Shown here in pieces: positions 37,219-46,953 of a DNA stretch of 64,000 nt. Both the position numbers and the translations under genes were made by a program. A model generated the notes under the pieces. It had not been told where the DNA came from. It was given only the letters and a program-made list of their open reading frames with translations, and did not search any database. Each line of letters begins with the position of its first letter. The first letter of the stretch is position 1. This DNA comes from an uncultured bacterium (lineage in GTDB: Bacteria > Babelota > Babeliae > Babelales > Babelaceae), in the NCBI GenBank assembly GCA_963848965.1, contig CAWKFG010000004.1, forward strand, positions 544,001-608,000. The letters run 5' to 3'.

Positions 37219-40200
37219 TTATAAACCCGAAAGTTCTTCACTTGCAATTGGTCTTGCTGTTATTGGTGATGAAGCATTTAGTAACTGTTCAATTCGGTTA
37301 TACAATTCCTTTTGTTCTTTATCTTGAGAGCGTGCGCTCAATAGCCTTGCTCTATGCACTGGATCTTGCTTAAGGAATGCATTTTTTCTTCGCAGAGTAA
37401 AGAATAAAGCTAAATATCGAACAACTGGTACATGCCCTTGAGAGACTGCAAAAAGCAGAGCTTCTTGTAATACAGAAAGTTCTACTTGTTTTTCCAATAG
37501 CAGCCTCTTTACTTCATTTACATCTCCTTTTATTGCTGCAAGCTGCAACGGATTATCTAGTATAGTGCCAAGAGTCTCGATAAGTATTGGATCGGTATTG
37601 TCTACTAAAGCACCGTAATTTAAGAGCAATCGTACAATAGCTGTATGACCCTTTTTTACAGCGCTTTGCAAACTTTGTTCTAAACCATTAATACTATTGA
37701 TATCTGCAAGAGTCAAGAGAGCATGAACAACATCTGTATAGCCAAACGTTGCTGCAATGTGCATAGAGGTCTTTCCTTGCTGATTTTTAGCATTAAGAGA
37801 GGCTCCTTGCTTTAATGCTTGTCTAACTTGTTCAACGTCACCCATTGCTACGGCAGTAAGCAACTGCGCATCAAACATTGCTGCATCAAGCTGTGCTGGT
37901 ACTCCCCTACATAGTGGACATCTACTACCAGATTTTATCACAGTACTTACACAGTGTGGATGAAATACATGACCACACGGTAAAGCCATTAACTTTTCAC
38001 CCTGTTGGTATTCTTCAAGACAAATCGTACAGTTTTTTGCATCTTTGTTATCTTGGTTATTGCTCTTTGATACAGCAGGTGAACTGGCAAAATTTTCCGC
38101 CTTTTCTTGTGAGCTTCTTGGTTCTGCCTGAAAAGCTTTATGTGTGCGGATGCTCTTAGTATGTTCCCGCAGTACATGCTCTATGTATTTATACCGATCT
38201 TCCTCACCGCCATACGCCTGTGCGCGCTCTAATAATACTATGACATGACGCAAAGCAGTTACTTCAAGAAAATTACTTGCCCCTTGGTTTATAATAAGGG
38301 GTATCAAGTATTCAACAATATGACCATGTCCCTGTCCAATAGCAAGCATTAATGCCTCTTGTAAAACAAGATAGGAAGTTTGCGCTGTTGCCATTGCTTT
38401 TACCGTAGTATAATTGCCTAGCACTGAGGCCAAAAGTAATTCTTGCTTACCAAGTATTTCTTGTATTATTTCTATAACCAGAGAGTCAAAAACGTTTAAT
38501 TGTGCACCATGTTGCAATAACATTCGTATACTATCTAATCGCTTTTTTTCTAAAGCACGATGTAAAGGTGCTTGTCCCCATTGGTCTTGCAGATTAATTT
38601 TAATAAGCGGCTGTGCTAAAAGAACTTGCACAACGGGGTTATGCCCATGCCAAACAGCTATATGTAACGGGGTTGCACCATGATTATTGTGAGCGTTAAC
38701 ATCACTATGAGGAACTGCTAACAATGCTTGAACAATAGCTTTATGTCCCCAAGATGCAGCAAGCCAGAGTGCGGTTTCTCTATTACTATTTTGTGCTTGA
38801 ATATCTGCTCCATCAGCTAACGCCCGTTGCACTTCACGGACATCCCCTTGTTGAGCAGCTTGTAGAAGCCTTAAATTAGCTGATTCTTGAGAAGTTGAGA
38901 TCAGTGGCACTTGAGACTGTGATTTATTTTGAAAATTCTCTCTATCAGACTGCACGCTCTTAGTTGGCAATAAGTCTGTTTTTGTAATAGCTGTAAGCGT
39001 ACTCGATCCTACTGCAGGGCTTTCTTGGATCGATTGCTTTTCAATACTTGAAGAAACAGAAGGCATATCCCTTTCTAGAAGGCTCGCCTTTATTTGTGGC
39101 TCTTCGTGAATTTTTTGTATAAGAGGAACTAGGTCTATCAATAACTGTTCTATATGTTTATATTGTTCCTGCCTTTTTAATTTTCCTATATCTTGATAGA
39201 GCTTATCTTGATTGTGCTTTTCTTGTTTCAACAATTCTAACTTAGACTGAATTAATTTTAAGCGCGGATCTTTCTTTTTTTCTGACGACTCTTTAAAGAG
39301 GCCTTCCCCATCTCCACCGAACAGTTCCCCTTTACCCAAGGCATTCATCCTTTCAATTGTCTCCATCTCACTTTTTAATTTTTTTATACCCATTTCTAAT
39401 TTTTCAATACTATTTTTTAGTTTTTCTTGATAGCGTTGCTCTTCTGCTTTAGTCATAGTATATGTTGAAAGTAATTGTACATGGAACAACGCCTCTTGAT
39501 GAATAAAATCCTTTGCCTCTCGTTTTACCAGAAGAGGAACAAGGTATTCTATAACAGGAATATGTCTTTGCCCTATTGCATAAAGAAGCGCTTTTTGAAG
39601 GAGCCCACTATGTGTTTGTTCTGTAGCTAAAGCTTTTACTTGATCAACAGAACCAAGCACTGAGGCTAAGAAGAGTGGATGGGTACTAAAGAGCTTTTTC
39701 AAAGCTGGTATAACATTGTTATGGTCAGCAGGGCTGAGCAACGCTCCATGGCGTAATAGAAGTTGTACAAAACTCCATTTTTCCATTTTGACAGCCAAAG
39801 ACAAAGAGTCTGTTCCAATGCACATACCAGGAGTAGCAAGCAGAGCCTTAACAATTCTTTCATAACCTTTATTAACAGCCACATCTACTAGCGCTGTTTG
39901 CGTACTCGTACTATCAATATCCGGAATGGCAAGAAATGCCTTAACAATTCCTTCATAACCTTGCGCTGTAGCTAAAAACAATGCTGTAGATTTTTCTTTA
40001 TTTAGAGCATTAACATTAATACCGGGAGCAGCAAGGAGAGCTTTTACAATAGTTTCATGTCCATTTTGAGCAGCTAAATGTAATGGTGTATAGCCCTCTT
40101 TACTTTGAGCATTAATATCAATAGTAGGAGCTGCAAGGTCATCTAATGAATTAACAGCCCTATCATGAATAGCAAGAATACTTCTCACAACTTTCTCATA

Positions 40201-41445
40201 ACCATATTGAGCTGCATAGCGTAATATTTCCTCTACTCTGCTATCTTGAAAATTACTAAGAAAGAGCGATTCTGGCTTTGCGTTATCCAGTTTATTACTA
40301 TTGATTTCAGCGTATTCTAAAAACATTTTTATCGTATTTATATCACCACTTTGTACCGCAAATTGCCAAGGAGTCCATCCATGCTTATCTTTACCATTAA
40401 CCTTAATAGAGGGAACAGCAAGAAGTGCTTTCACTATACCTTCATATTTTATACCGGCCAATCCTGAACCCCTTGCCGCCAGGTGCAAAAGGCTCTGTCC
40501 ATCATTATTTTCAGCATTAACCTCGATTGCTGGTACTGCAAGAAGTACTTTCATTATACTTTCATAATTATGGCTATAGACTGAACTGCTTACTACCTGA
40601 TGCAAAGGAGTATTTCCATAGTTATTTTTAGTATTAACCTTGATCGTAGGAACAGCTAAAAGTGCTTTCATTACATCTTCTCGCTTTAGCGATACTGCAT
40701 TATGCAAGGGTGTACTCCCATAGCAATCTTGAACATTAACTTCAATAGAAGGTATTTCAAGAAGAGCTCTCACTATTCCTTCATCTCTACGTGATGCATT
40801 ATGCAAAGGAGTACTACCACCCTTATCTTGAAGATTAACGTTGATAGTTGGCACTGCAAGAAGCGCCCTCGCTATGCCTTCATCTTCGCTCGCTGCATAA
40901 TGCAGGGGAGTACTACCACGCTTATCTTGAAGATTAACGTTGATAGTTGGCACTGCAAGAAGAGCTCTCACTATACCTTCATCACCCTTTAATACTGCAT
41001 CATGCAAAGGAGTCCTTCCTTCTATATCTTGAACATTAACATCGATAGTGGGAGCAGCAAGAAGAGCTTTCACTAAACTCGCCGCTTTATTAGAGTAACA
41101 TGCTATATGTAGAGGAGTCCGCCCCCTATCCTCAACATTAACATCTGCACCAGATTTAATTAAATCTTGGATAATAGAGAGGTCACCATCATCTTGTACT
41201 TCATACATAAGCAACTCGCCAAGTTTCTGAGCGCTCAGTTGCTTCGACTCAATCTTATCTTTAATACTTTTTTTACGCGTCTCCTCATATTTTTTTAGCT
41301 CCTCTTCGCTCGGCCCTTTCTCAGACGGCCTGTAAGACATAGCCCTCCACGGTACTTGATGAGCAGAACGCACTTTCTCTCTAAACATGCCATTAATAAA
41401 GGCGCTTGACACAAATAAAGTAAAAAGTAGCAATTTTCTAAGCAT
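37219..41445 (-). CDS. Secreted ankyrin-repeat protein with a RING-H2 finger
   Basis: Signal peptide ...ING-MFRE; many ankyrin repeats; CTIC-x14-CGHVFHPHC-x10-CPLC at 37909-38031. Confidence 0.9.
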   Translation of the reverse strand: MLRKLLLFTLFVSSAFINGMFREKVRSAHQVPWRAMSYRPSEKGPSEEELKKYEETRKKSIKDKIESKQLSAQKLGELLMYEVQDDGDLSIIQDLIKSGADVNVEDRGRTPLHIACYSNKAASLVKALLAAPTIDVNVQDIEGRTPLHDAVLKGDEGIVRALLAVPTINVNLQDKRGSTPLHYAASEDEGIARALLAVPTINVNLQDKGGSTPLHNASRRDEGIVRALLEIPSIEVNVQDCYGSTPLHNAVSLKREDVMKALLAVPTIKVNTKNNYGNTPLHQVVSSSVYSHNYESIMKVLLAVPAIEVNAENNDGQSLLHLAARGSGLAGIKYEGIVKALLAVPSIKVNGKDKHGWTPWQFAVQSGDINTIKMFLEYAEINSNKLDNAKPESLFLSNFQDSRVEEILRYAAQYGYEKVVRSILAIHDRAVNSLDDLAAPTIDINAQSKEGYTPLHLAAQNGHETIVKALLAAPGINVNALNKEKSTALFLATAQGYEGIVKAFLAIPDIDSTSTQTALVDVAVNKGYERIVKALLATPGMCIGTDSLSLAVKMEKWSFVQLLLRHGALLSPADHNNVIPALKKLFSTHPLFLASVLGSVDQVKALATEQTHSGLLQKALLYAIGQRHIPVIEYLVPLLVKREAKDFIHQEALFHVQLLSTYTMTKAEEQRYQEKLKNSIEKLEMGIKKLKSEMETIERMNALGKGELFGGDGEGLFKESSEKKKDPRLKLIQSKLELLKQEKHNQDKLYQDIGKLKRQEQYKHIEQLLIDLVPLIQKIHEEPQIKASLLERDMPSVSSSIEKQSIQESPAVGSSTLTAITKTDLLPTKSVQSDRENFQNKSQSQVPLISTSQESANLRLLQAAQQGDVREVQRALADGADIQAQNSNRETALWLAASWGHKAIVQALLAVPHSDVNAHNNHGATPLHIAVWHGHNPVVQVLLAQPLIKINLQDQWGQAPLHRALEKKRLDSIRMLLQHGAQLNVFDSLVIEIIQEILGKQELLLASVLGNYTTVKAMATAQTSYLVLQEALMLAIGQGHGHIVEYLIPLIINQGASNFLEVTALRHVIVLLERAQAYGGEEDRYKYIEHVLREHTKSIRTHKAFQAEPRSSQEKAENFASSPAVSKSNNQDNKDAKNCTICLEEYQQGEKLMALPCGHVFHPHCVSTVIKSGSRCPLCRGVPAQLDAAMFDAQLLTAVAMGDVEQVRQALKQGASLNAKNQQGKTSMHIAATFGYTDVVHALLTLADINSINGLEQSLQSAVKKGHTAIVRLLLNYGALVDNTDPILIETLGTILDNPLQLAAIKGDVNEVKRLLLEKQVELSVLQEALLFAVSQGHVPVVRYLALFFTLRRKNAFLKQDPVHRARLLSARSQDKEQKELYNRIEQLLNASSPITARPIASEELSGL
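40801..40985. repeat. Near-identical 99-nt tandem ankyrin-coding repeats
   Basis: CTTATCTTGAAGATTAACGTTGATAGTTGGCACTGCAAGAAG occurs twice, 99 nt apart. Confidence 0.85.
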
Positions 41446-41521
41446 TATGATTTCCTTCTTTCTTTTTGCAAAGAGCCTACTGAATGTTATCGCACATAGA
41501 TAACCTTCAAATTACCTACAT

Positions 41522-41650
41522 CTAATACAGGTCGATATCTGACCATGGGCTATTAGTACCTCTTGCGCGAGATCCAAAAAGATAGATCTTAGCATCTGAT
41601 ATAAGTGCTATAATTTTTGCTTTGCTTTTTTCCTCTACAGGAAACCGCAT
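41522..41650 (-). pseudogene. Truncated MNT-type nucleotidyltransferase (HEPN/MNT antitoxin-like)
   Basis: Reads MRFPVEEKSKAKIIALISDAKIYLFGSRARGTNSPWSDIDLY*; GS..RG...SDID motif followed by a frameshift/stop. Not in the ORF track. Confidence 0.75.
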
Positions 41651-42094
41651 ACTACTCTCGTCTAATTTATCTTATGCTTGTTTAATAATGCATGATCATT
41701 CTTATACTTGTCATCAGCTTAGCATATTCATCAGTAACCTGCAAAAATCTAACCGCAAGAAATAAGGACCAGCAAACAGTGTGGTGTCAATCTCAAGTAA
41801 TTTCTTCTGCTTTTTGGATATCAACTGAAGGCATAATTACTCTTTCCTTAAAGGGGGTGGAGTGGTCGTATTTCGCTATGATAACGAGCTACTCCACAAC
41901 CTACTTGCTTGAAATACACGGCGCTGACGTGTATTGTTATAATTTTTTTCAATTATTTATTCCAATATCTAGCCAAAGCAGTATTATGTTGCTCTCCTGA
42001 AGATCGGAGCGAATAGCATCAAAGAATGTTAATACTCATGAAAGAAAACAAATAAAAACAGGCTCTTTTTTCCCATTTCTTCACGCCTTTATTC

Positions 42095-42122
42095 AAAAAA
42101 AAGACCAACCCGTCGGTTGGCC
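42095..42122 (-). terminator. Intrinsic terminator
   Basis: Minus strand GGCCAACC-GACG-GGTTGGTC followed by T8. Confidence 0.8.
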
Positions 42123-42138
42123 TTATATTCAGTACTTT

Positions 42139-42576
42139 TTACTGCGCAAAAACTTGTAAAATTTCTGGATCCTGTGTAAGAGAAACTGGGCTTTCTTCAA
42201 AGTCATTACGTTGTAAAGGATCAGCACCTGCATCTAAAAGCATTTTGATAATTTCTTTATCTCCATATTTTACTGCCCCATGTAACGCCGAGTCACCGCT
42301 ATTGAGATTCTTAGCTTTTACATCAGCGCCGGCTTTTATAAGCATAGAAAGAATTTCTTTTTTGCCTCTGCTAGCAGCTTCGTATACAGCTGTTCTAAAA
42401 CCTGTAGGCCAAGTATCTGGTGAAAGACCGCCAGAAAGTAGACTAGCCATATCTTTAACCCTGTTTTCTGCAATAGCCCACCACATTTGTTGAGGAAGGT
42501 TATTAACATCCATACCATACGATAAGAATGAGAGTGAGCACAGTAGAATGAGCGCATATAAAGATCTAGTAACCAT
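42139..42576 (-). CDS. Small secreted ankyrin-repeat protein
   Basis: Signal peptide ...SYG-MDV; about 3 ankyrin repeats. Confidence 0.85.
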   Translation of the reverse strand: MVTRSLYALILLCSLSFLSYGMDVNNLPQQMWWAIAENRVKDMASLLSGGLSPDTWPTGFRTAVYEAASRGKKEILSMLIKAGADVKAKNLNSGDSALHGAVKYGDKEIIKMLLDAGADPLQRNDFEESPVSLTQDPEILQVFAQ

Positions 42577-42649
42577 AGTAATACTCCTATTTAATCTACT
42601 ATTTATTAATTTATGCTATAGCATTTATTCGATTAAGTCAAATAAGCAG

Positions 42650-43561
42650 TTATGCTAGGGTATTCTGCTTTTCTTTGATCAGGTTAGTGAGCACACTTAT
42701 AGCATGACTTAAAAATCGGCAATGTTTTTCAAGCAATTGAGCACTTTGTGGTAGACGATCAACTGTAGAATCAGATTTTACTGCATATATGATGAGACCA
42801 GCTAAACATACTATACTTGTTGAGAAAAATGTGGCAAAAGAGGAAGTAACATAAGGTTCATAACGGGCATCTCCGCCTGCCCATATCATTGTTGCAATCA
42901 TAACAATAAATAAGAGTGGTACGGGAGAAAAAACTGTACCAAGTGTATAAAAATCTTTTTTATCGTGCCCCGCTATATGTTTTTTAAGTACTATGCGACA
43001 AGCATCAAGCTGATTATAAAGCTTTTGGAGATTATTTTTCAAAGTAAGTATATCTTCTGTTGATAATTGTAAGCGAGTACGAAGCATATCATGAGTAACT
43101 GGTCCTACTATTGGGCTCTCTAATACCTGACTCCAATAAGCAGGTTTTACTTGAAGTAAATTATGTAAAAGAGCAGCAAAAGGAGCATAATCTCTCTTTC
43201 TCAACGTTGTTTCAAAAGGTCTTTCTTTTGTATACTCTGTCAGAGCTTCTTGTAGTTTTCTTGAAAGTTCTGTATGTGATTTTGCAGTTTTAAAATGTGC
43301 TACTATCATCTCCAGTCTCTGCGTATCAGCAGGAAAGATATGCTCTTGTTCCATAAAGCTCTCTACAATCTTTTGCGCTATTTCTGGAGTTAATCCATAG
43401 AGCCTTACAAGGTAGTTAAGAGCTGGATCATTTCCTTCAAGATATTCACAAATTTTAACCATAATATCTTTTGGCAAAGAGGAAACCTTGGGTTCTTTTT
43501 CCATAGCCAGAAGAGAAAAGCCTATGCTTATGGCACATAAGCTTTTTTGCCATAATTTCAT
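42650..43561 (-). CDS. Secreted F-box-like protein with two C-terminal TM segments (paralog A)
   Basis: ...LLA-MEKE; SSLPKDIMVKICEYL; hydrophobic hairpin near the C-terminus. Confidence 0.7.
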   Translation of the reverse strand: MKLWQKSLCAISIGFSLLAMEKEPKVSSLPKDIMVKICEYLEGNDPALNYLVRLYGLTPEIAQKIVESFMEQEHIFPADTQRLEMIVAHFKTAKSHTELSRKLQEALTEYTKERPFETTLRKRDYAPFAALLHNLLQVKPAYWSQVLESPIVGPVTHDMLRTRLQLSTEDILTLKNNLQKLYNQLDACRIVLKKHIAGHDKKDFYTLGTVFSPVPLLFIVMIATMIWAGGDARYEPYVTSSFATFFSTSIVCLAGLIIYAVKSDSTVDRLPQSAQLLEKHCRFLSHAISVLTNLIKEKQNTLA

Positions 43562-43717
43562 AAAAAACTCCTAAATTTATTTTTTATTATAAATTTATAT
43601 TAGCACTTTATAGAAATAAAACAAGCTCTTTTTCCTTATTTTCTTAGGCCTTTTGCGCTCTTTTTCTTTTTCCCTTATCTTAGGAGTTACTTATTAAAAT
43701 TATAATTACAAAGGAAC

Positions 43718-44908
43718 GTGACCATGAAAGCACAATTAAGCACCCTCGGATTCATAGTCTGTAGTGCACTAGCTTTTATACAAGCAATGGAGAGCATGCC
43801 TCGTATAAACCCATGTTATCCAGCAAATGAGTATAGATATACTATTAGCATTGCCGGTATTTCTTGCAAAGATTTCAAGGATAAGGTACGAGGCTGTGTC
43901 TTAGGGGCAGCTTTAGGTGATATGCTGGGAGCGCCAACAGAATTTATCTCTTCACGTGAAGCTATTAATAAAGTATATCCACCCTCTGGCATTACAGGTA
44001 TTGAGAGCTTTAAGGAAAAAGACTTTACAAAGGATGCTTCTGGCAAAAAAGTAGCTCCCTATACTGACGATACTGCCATGAGTATTCTTGTTTTAGAAAC
44101 TATTACATGTTTTAGCAGATCGCAGTTTAACCCTCCATCACAATGGAACATAAATGATGCTATGCATGATCTTGCATTGAGCTTTGTAAAAGATATGAAT
44201 AACCCTGCCGGTTGGGCACAACAAAGGCGAGCTCCTGGGCTTACCTGTTTACGTAATGTACAAGAGCTTGCCACACGGTTTGAAGCAATGGCCAGGAAGC
44301 ACAATAAAGATCCTCGTTTTTGGGCAGTTGGCAAACCAACAGAAGGTGGTTGCGGATCTGTTATGCGAGCACATCCCTTTGGCCTTATTTTTGCAGGAAA
44401 TATAGAAAAAGCAATAGAATGGGCAGTAGAACACTCCAAAATTACTCATGGAGCTCCTATGGCTTTAGCCGCCTGTGCCGCAATGGCATGCGGTGTCGCT
44501 CATGCTCTAAGAAACGAAAAGCCAGAAGCAGTTGCTCAAAGAATGTATGAAGTTGCAAAAAAATATGATAGTTATACAGCACAGCTTATAGAACGAGCAA
44601 TAGAATATGCCTATGATGCTCGCAAGCCAAGTGATGAAGTATTTAAAGAGTTTCAAGGATGGGCAGCTCATGAAGCTATTGCAGCTGCTACTTATGCATT
44701 TTTAAAGCATCCAGATGATCTGAAAAAAGCTATTCTCTTAGGAGTTAATACCCCTGGTGATAGCGATAGTATTGCTTCAATGGCAGGAGCTCTTGTAGGC
44801 GCTCGCATTGGCGCACAACAGATACCACAGGAATGGCTTGAAGTACTTGAAGGGAGTCAAAGACTTATACAGCTTGCTGATAATGTTGCAAATTTATATA
44901 AGAAATAG
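43718..44908 (+). CDS. Secreted ADP-ribosylglycohydrolase (ARH/DraG family)
   Basis: Motifs GAALGDMLGAPTEF, YTDDT, GCGSVMR and GDSDSIASMAG; signal peptide ...IQA-MES. Confidence 0.9.
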   Translation: MTMKAQLSTLGFIVCSALAFIQAMESMPRINPCYPANEYRYTISIAGISCKDFKDKVRGCVLGAALGDMLGAPTEFISSREAINKVYPPSGITGIESFKEKDFTKDASGKKVAPYTDDTAMSILVLETITCFSRSQFNPPSQWNINDAMHDLALSFVKDMNNPAGWAQQRRAPGLTCLRNVQELATRFEAMARKHNKDPRFWAVGKPTEGGCGSVMRAHPFGLIFAGNIEKAIEWAVEHSKITHGAPMALAACAAMACGVAHALRNEKPEAVAQRMYEVAKKYDSYTAQLIERAIEYAYDARKPSDEVFKEFQGWAAHEAIAAATYAFLKHPDDLKKAILLGVNTPGDSDSIASMAGALVGARIGAQQIPQEWLEVLEGSQRLIQLADNVANLYKK

Positions 44909-44911
44909 CTT

Positions 44912-45793
44912 CTAGCGCTTTTTTGCAATAAGTACATCAATAAAATCGAGCGTCGCCTTTAACGATGTACATTGATTCTGTAAAAGTTGAATAAGTGCTG
45001 GATAACTTGTAGGAATTTGTACGTTAAGACGTGCATCGTCTTCTTTGATGAAAATAACATAAACCATATCACCAAATACCAGCATAAATTGTAAAAGAAG
45101 AAGCCATCGTGAGAATGAAGCATATGGTTCTTCTAAGGAACCACACGCTATCGATGTAGCGCCTACAAAAAGCCATAGAGGCATTTTTAGAGTAAGCGGA
45201 GCACCATTTCTAAGACGGTGTGTTCTTTCAAGAGCCTGCTTTCTAGAGATAACAATAGAAAGAAAGTTTTGCATTTCAGTATAAAAAGCTTGCATAGTAT
45301 GACGCATCTCATGCAATCCTTCAAGTGTGAATTCACGTAACTTCTCATGCTTAAAGATCTCTGCTCGTCCGGAAGAAGAGAGTTCAATGAGTCTTCTAAA
45401 ATCGGTTAAATCTGTCTTATAAAGCGCAGTTTTCAGTGGAGAAAATAGACGATATGCATTAAGTGCAGCTTTAATCTTTGCTGATACATCAGCGTGAGGT
45501 TTAGCTTTTTGAAAGCTTTTTAATATGATTTCATCTGCTTTTGCGGTTGTTGGATAAGCCTTCGTTTTCTTAATAAAGCTTTCTACAACTTTTTTAGCAG
45601 TAGTTGGAGTAAGTCCATAAATTCTCATAAGATAATTAAGCGCTCGATCATCACCCTCAAGGCACTCAAGAATAAGCAAAATAGCATCCTTAGGTAAATC
45701 TTCAAATGAAAGCTTTGGCTTTTCCATAGAGAATATAGAAAAAGTAGCACATGTTAAAAAAGAGAACAACCCTAATCTTTTAAAAATAGTCAT
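44912..45793 (-). CDS. Secreted F-box-like protein with two C-terminal TM segments (paralog B)
   Basis: ...IFS-MEKP; EDLPKDAILLILECLEGDDRALNYLMRIYGLTP is closely similar to paralog A. Confidence 0.7.
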   Translation of the reverse strand: MTIFKRLGLFSFLTCATFSIFSMEKPKLSFEDLPKDAILLILECLEGDDRALNYLMRIYGLTPTTAKKVVESFIKKTKAYPTTAKADEIILKSFQKAKPHADVSAKIKAALNAYRLFSPLKTALYKTDLTDFRRLIELSSSGRAEIFKHEKLREFTLEGLHEMRHTMQAFYTEMQNFLSIVISRKQALERTHRLRNGAPLTLKMPLWLFVGATSIACGSLEEPYASFSRWLLLLQFMLVFGDMVYVIFIKEDDARLNVQIPTSYPALIQLLQNQCTSLKATLDFIDVLIAKKR

Positions 45794-45893
45794 AATAGCA
45801 AGTCCCTGAACATTTATTTAAAATTATAATATCTATTTAATTGTAACGAATATGCTATTTTTTTCAAGAAAACTTGTAAAACTAAGGAATACA

Positions 45894-46628
45894 TTAAATC
45901 TTCTTATTTGCATGAGCAATCAAAAAGAGCAAAATCCCTGCTGCAACTGAAGCATTGTATGAAATATCAGTGGTACGTTGGGGCAACCGTACCTGTTTGC
46001 CAAAAGAAAGAAGATTTTTTGCAATCCCTATTGCTTCATTACCAATAACAAGACAAAGAGGTTCTTGATAACTCATAGCTGTAGCATCTTCCCCTTCTAA
46101 AGTTGCTAGATAATTACTGTATCCGGCTTTTTTAAGCTCTTGCATAGCTTGTAAAGATGAAGCTGCTTCGTAAATTTCTAAATGCTCAGCAAGGCCTGCT
46201 GATGACTTGAGAGCAACAGCATTTAATGGTGCCGCTCCCTTAGCGCTCATAATAATACCATTAACTCCAGTACAATAAGCAGAACGTAAAATAGCTCCTA
46301 AATTACGAGGATCTTGAATGCCATCAAGCATGAGTAAAAATGGACTTTTTGCTGGCTCAAAAAACTTACGCCGATAAACAAAAGGAGCAGCCCATGCAAC
46401 CACACCTTGATGGTCAGTTGTTCCTGCAATACGCGTAAGTATATCACGCACTACATATTGAATTTGCGTTTCTTTTCCAAGTAAGGGAGCAATCATATCC
46501 CACGCCTTGGGAGCAGGTTTAGTAGTATAAATCGTGTAAATTTTTCTTTTTTTAGCCTTTAACAACTCAACGATAGGATGAATACCAAAGATAAGTTCCT
46601 GATTTTTTTGTTTTGTCATACGTTCCAC
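45894..46628 (-). CDS. rlmB: 23S rRNA 2'-O-methyltransferase, RlmB-like SPOUT
   Basis: Motifs IFGIHPI, HQGV, QDPRNLGAILRS, GNEAIG and SYNASVA. Confidence 0.85.
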   Translation of the reverse strand: MERMTKQKNQELIFGIHPIVELLKAKKRKIYTIYTTKPAPKAWDMIAPLLGKETQIQYVVRDILTRIAGTTDHQGVVAWAAPFVYRRKFFEPAKSPFLLMLDGIQDPRNLGAILRSAYCTGVNGIIMSAKGAAPLNAVALKSSAGLAEHLEIYEAASSLQAMQELKKAGYSNYLATLEGEDATAMSYQEPLCLVIGNEAIGIAKNLLSFGKQVRLPQRTTDISYNASVAAGILLFLIAHANKKI

Positions 46629-46953
46629 TTTCTTGCAAAAACTCTAGTATATTTATTGTATCATAAAGATTGTTTACCACAAACTAAGAAACCTCATTGC
46701 CTAATCACCTTATTAGTATAACAAGATTTATTGCATAGAGTTTTTTAACGACCAGAGAAATATTTTATAGACCTACAATACATAAAAAAACTTTATCTTA
46801 ACTAGCACTTTATAGTCTTAAATAATCCTAAATGTACTAATTTTAAAACCCCTTACTTGATTTTAAACAAAAAATCAGGTATAAATTTAAGTGTAAATAC
46901 CGTGTTAATTACTAGTATTTTACTTTAACCTAATCCCAAAGAGGAGGTTTTTT

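Noticed and set aside
40700..41070. Regularly spaced repeats as a possible CRISPR array
   Set aside because: The 99-102 nt period is in frame and encodes ankyrin repeats; there are no unique spacers or cas genes.
41692..42000. 102-aa plus-strand ORF
   Set aside because: No recognisable motif. The opposite strand shows decayed gene stubs (e.g. MGKKSLFLFVF from 42076), so the region looks degenerate.
46801..46830. CIRCE-like TAGCACT upstream of the hsp20-like gene
   Set aside because: No matching inverted half-site at the 9-nt spacing.
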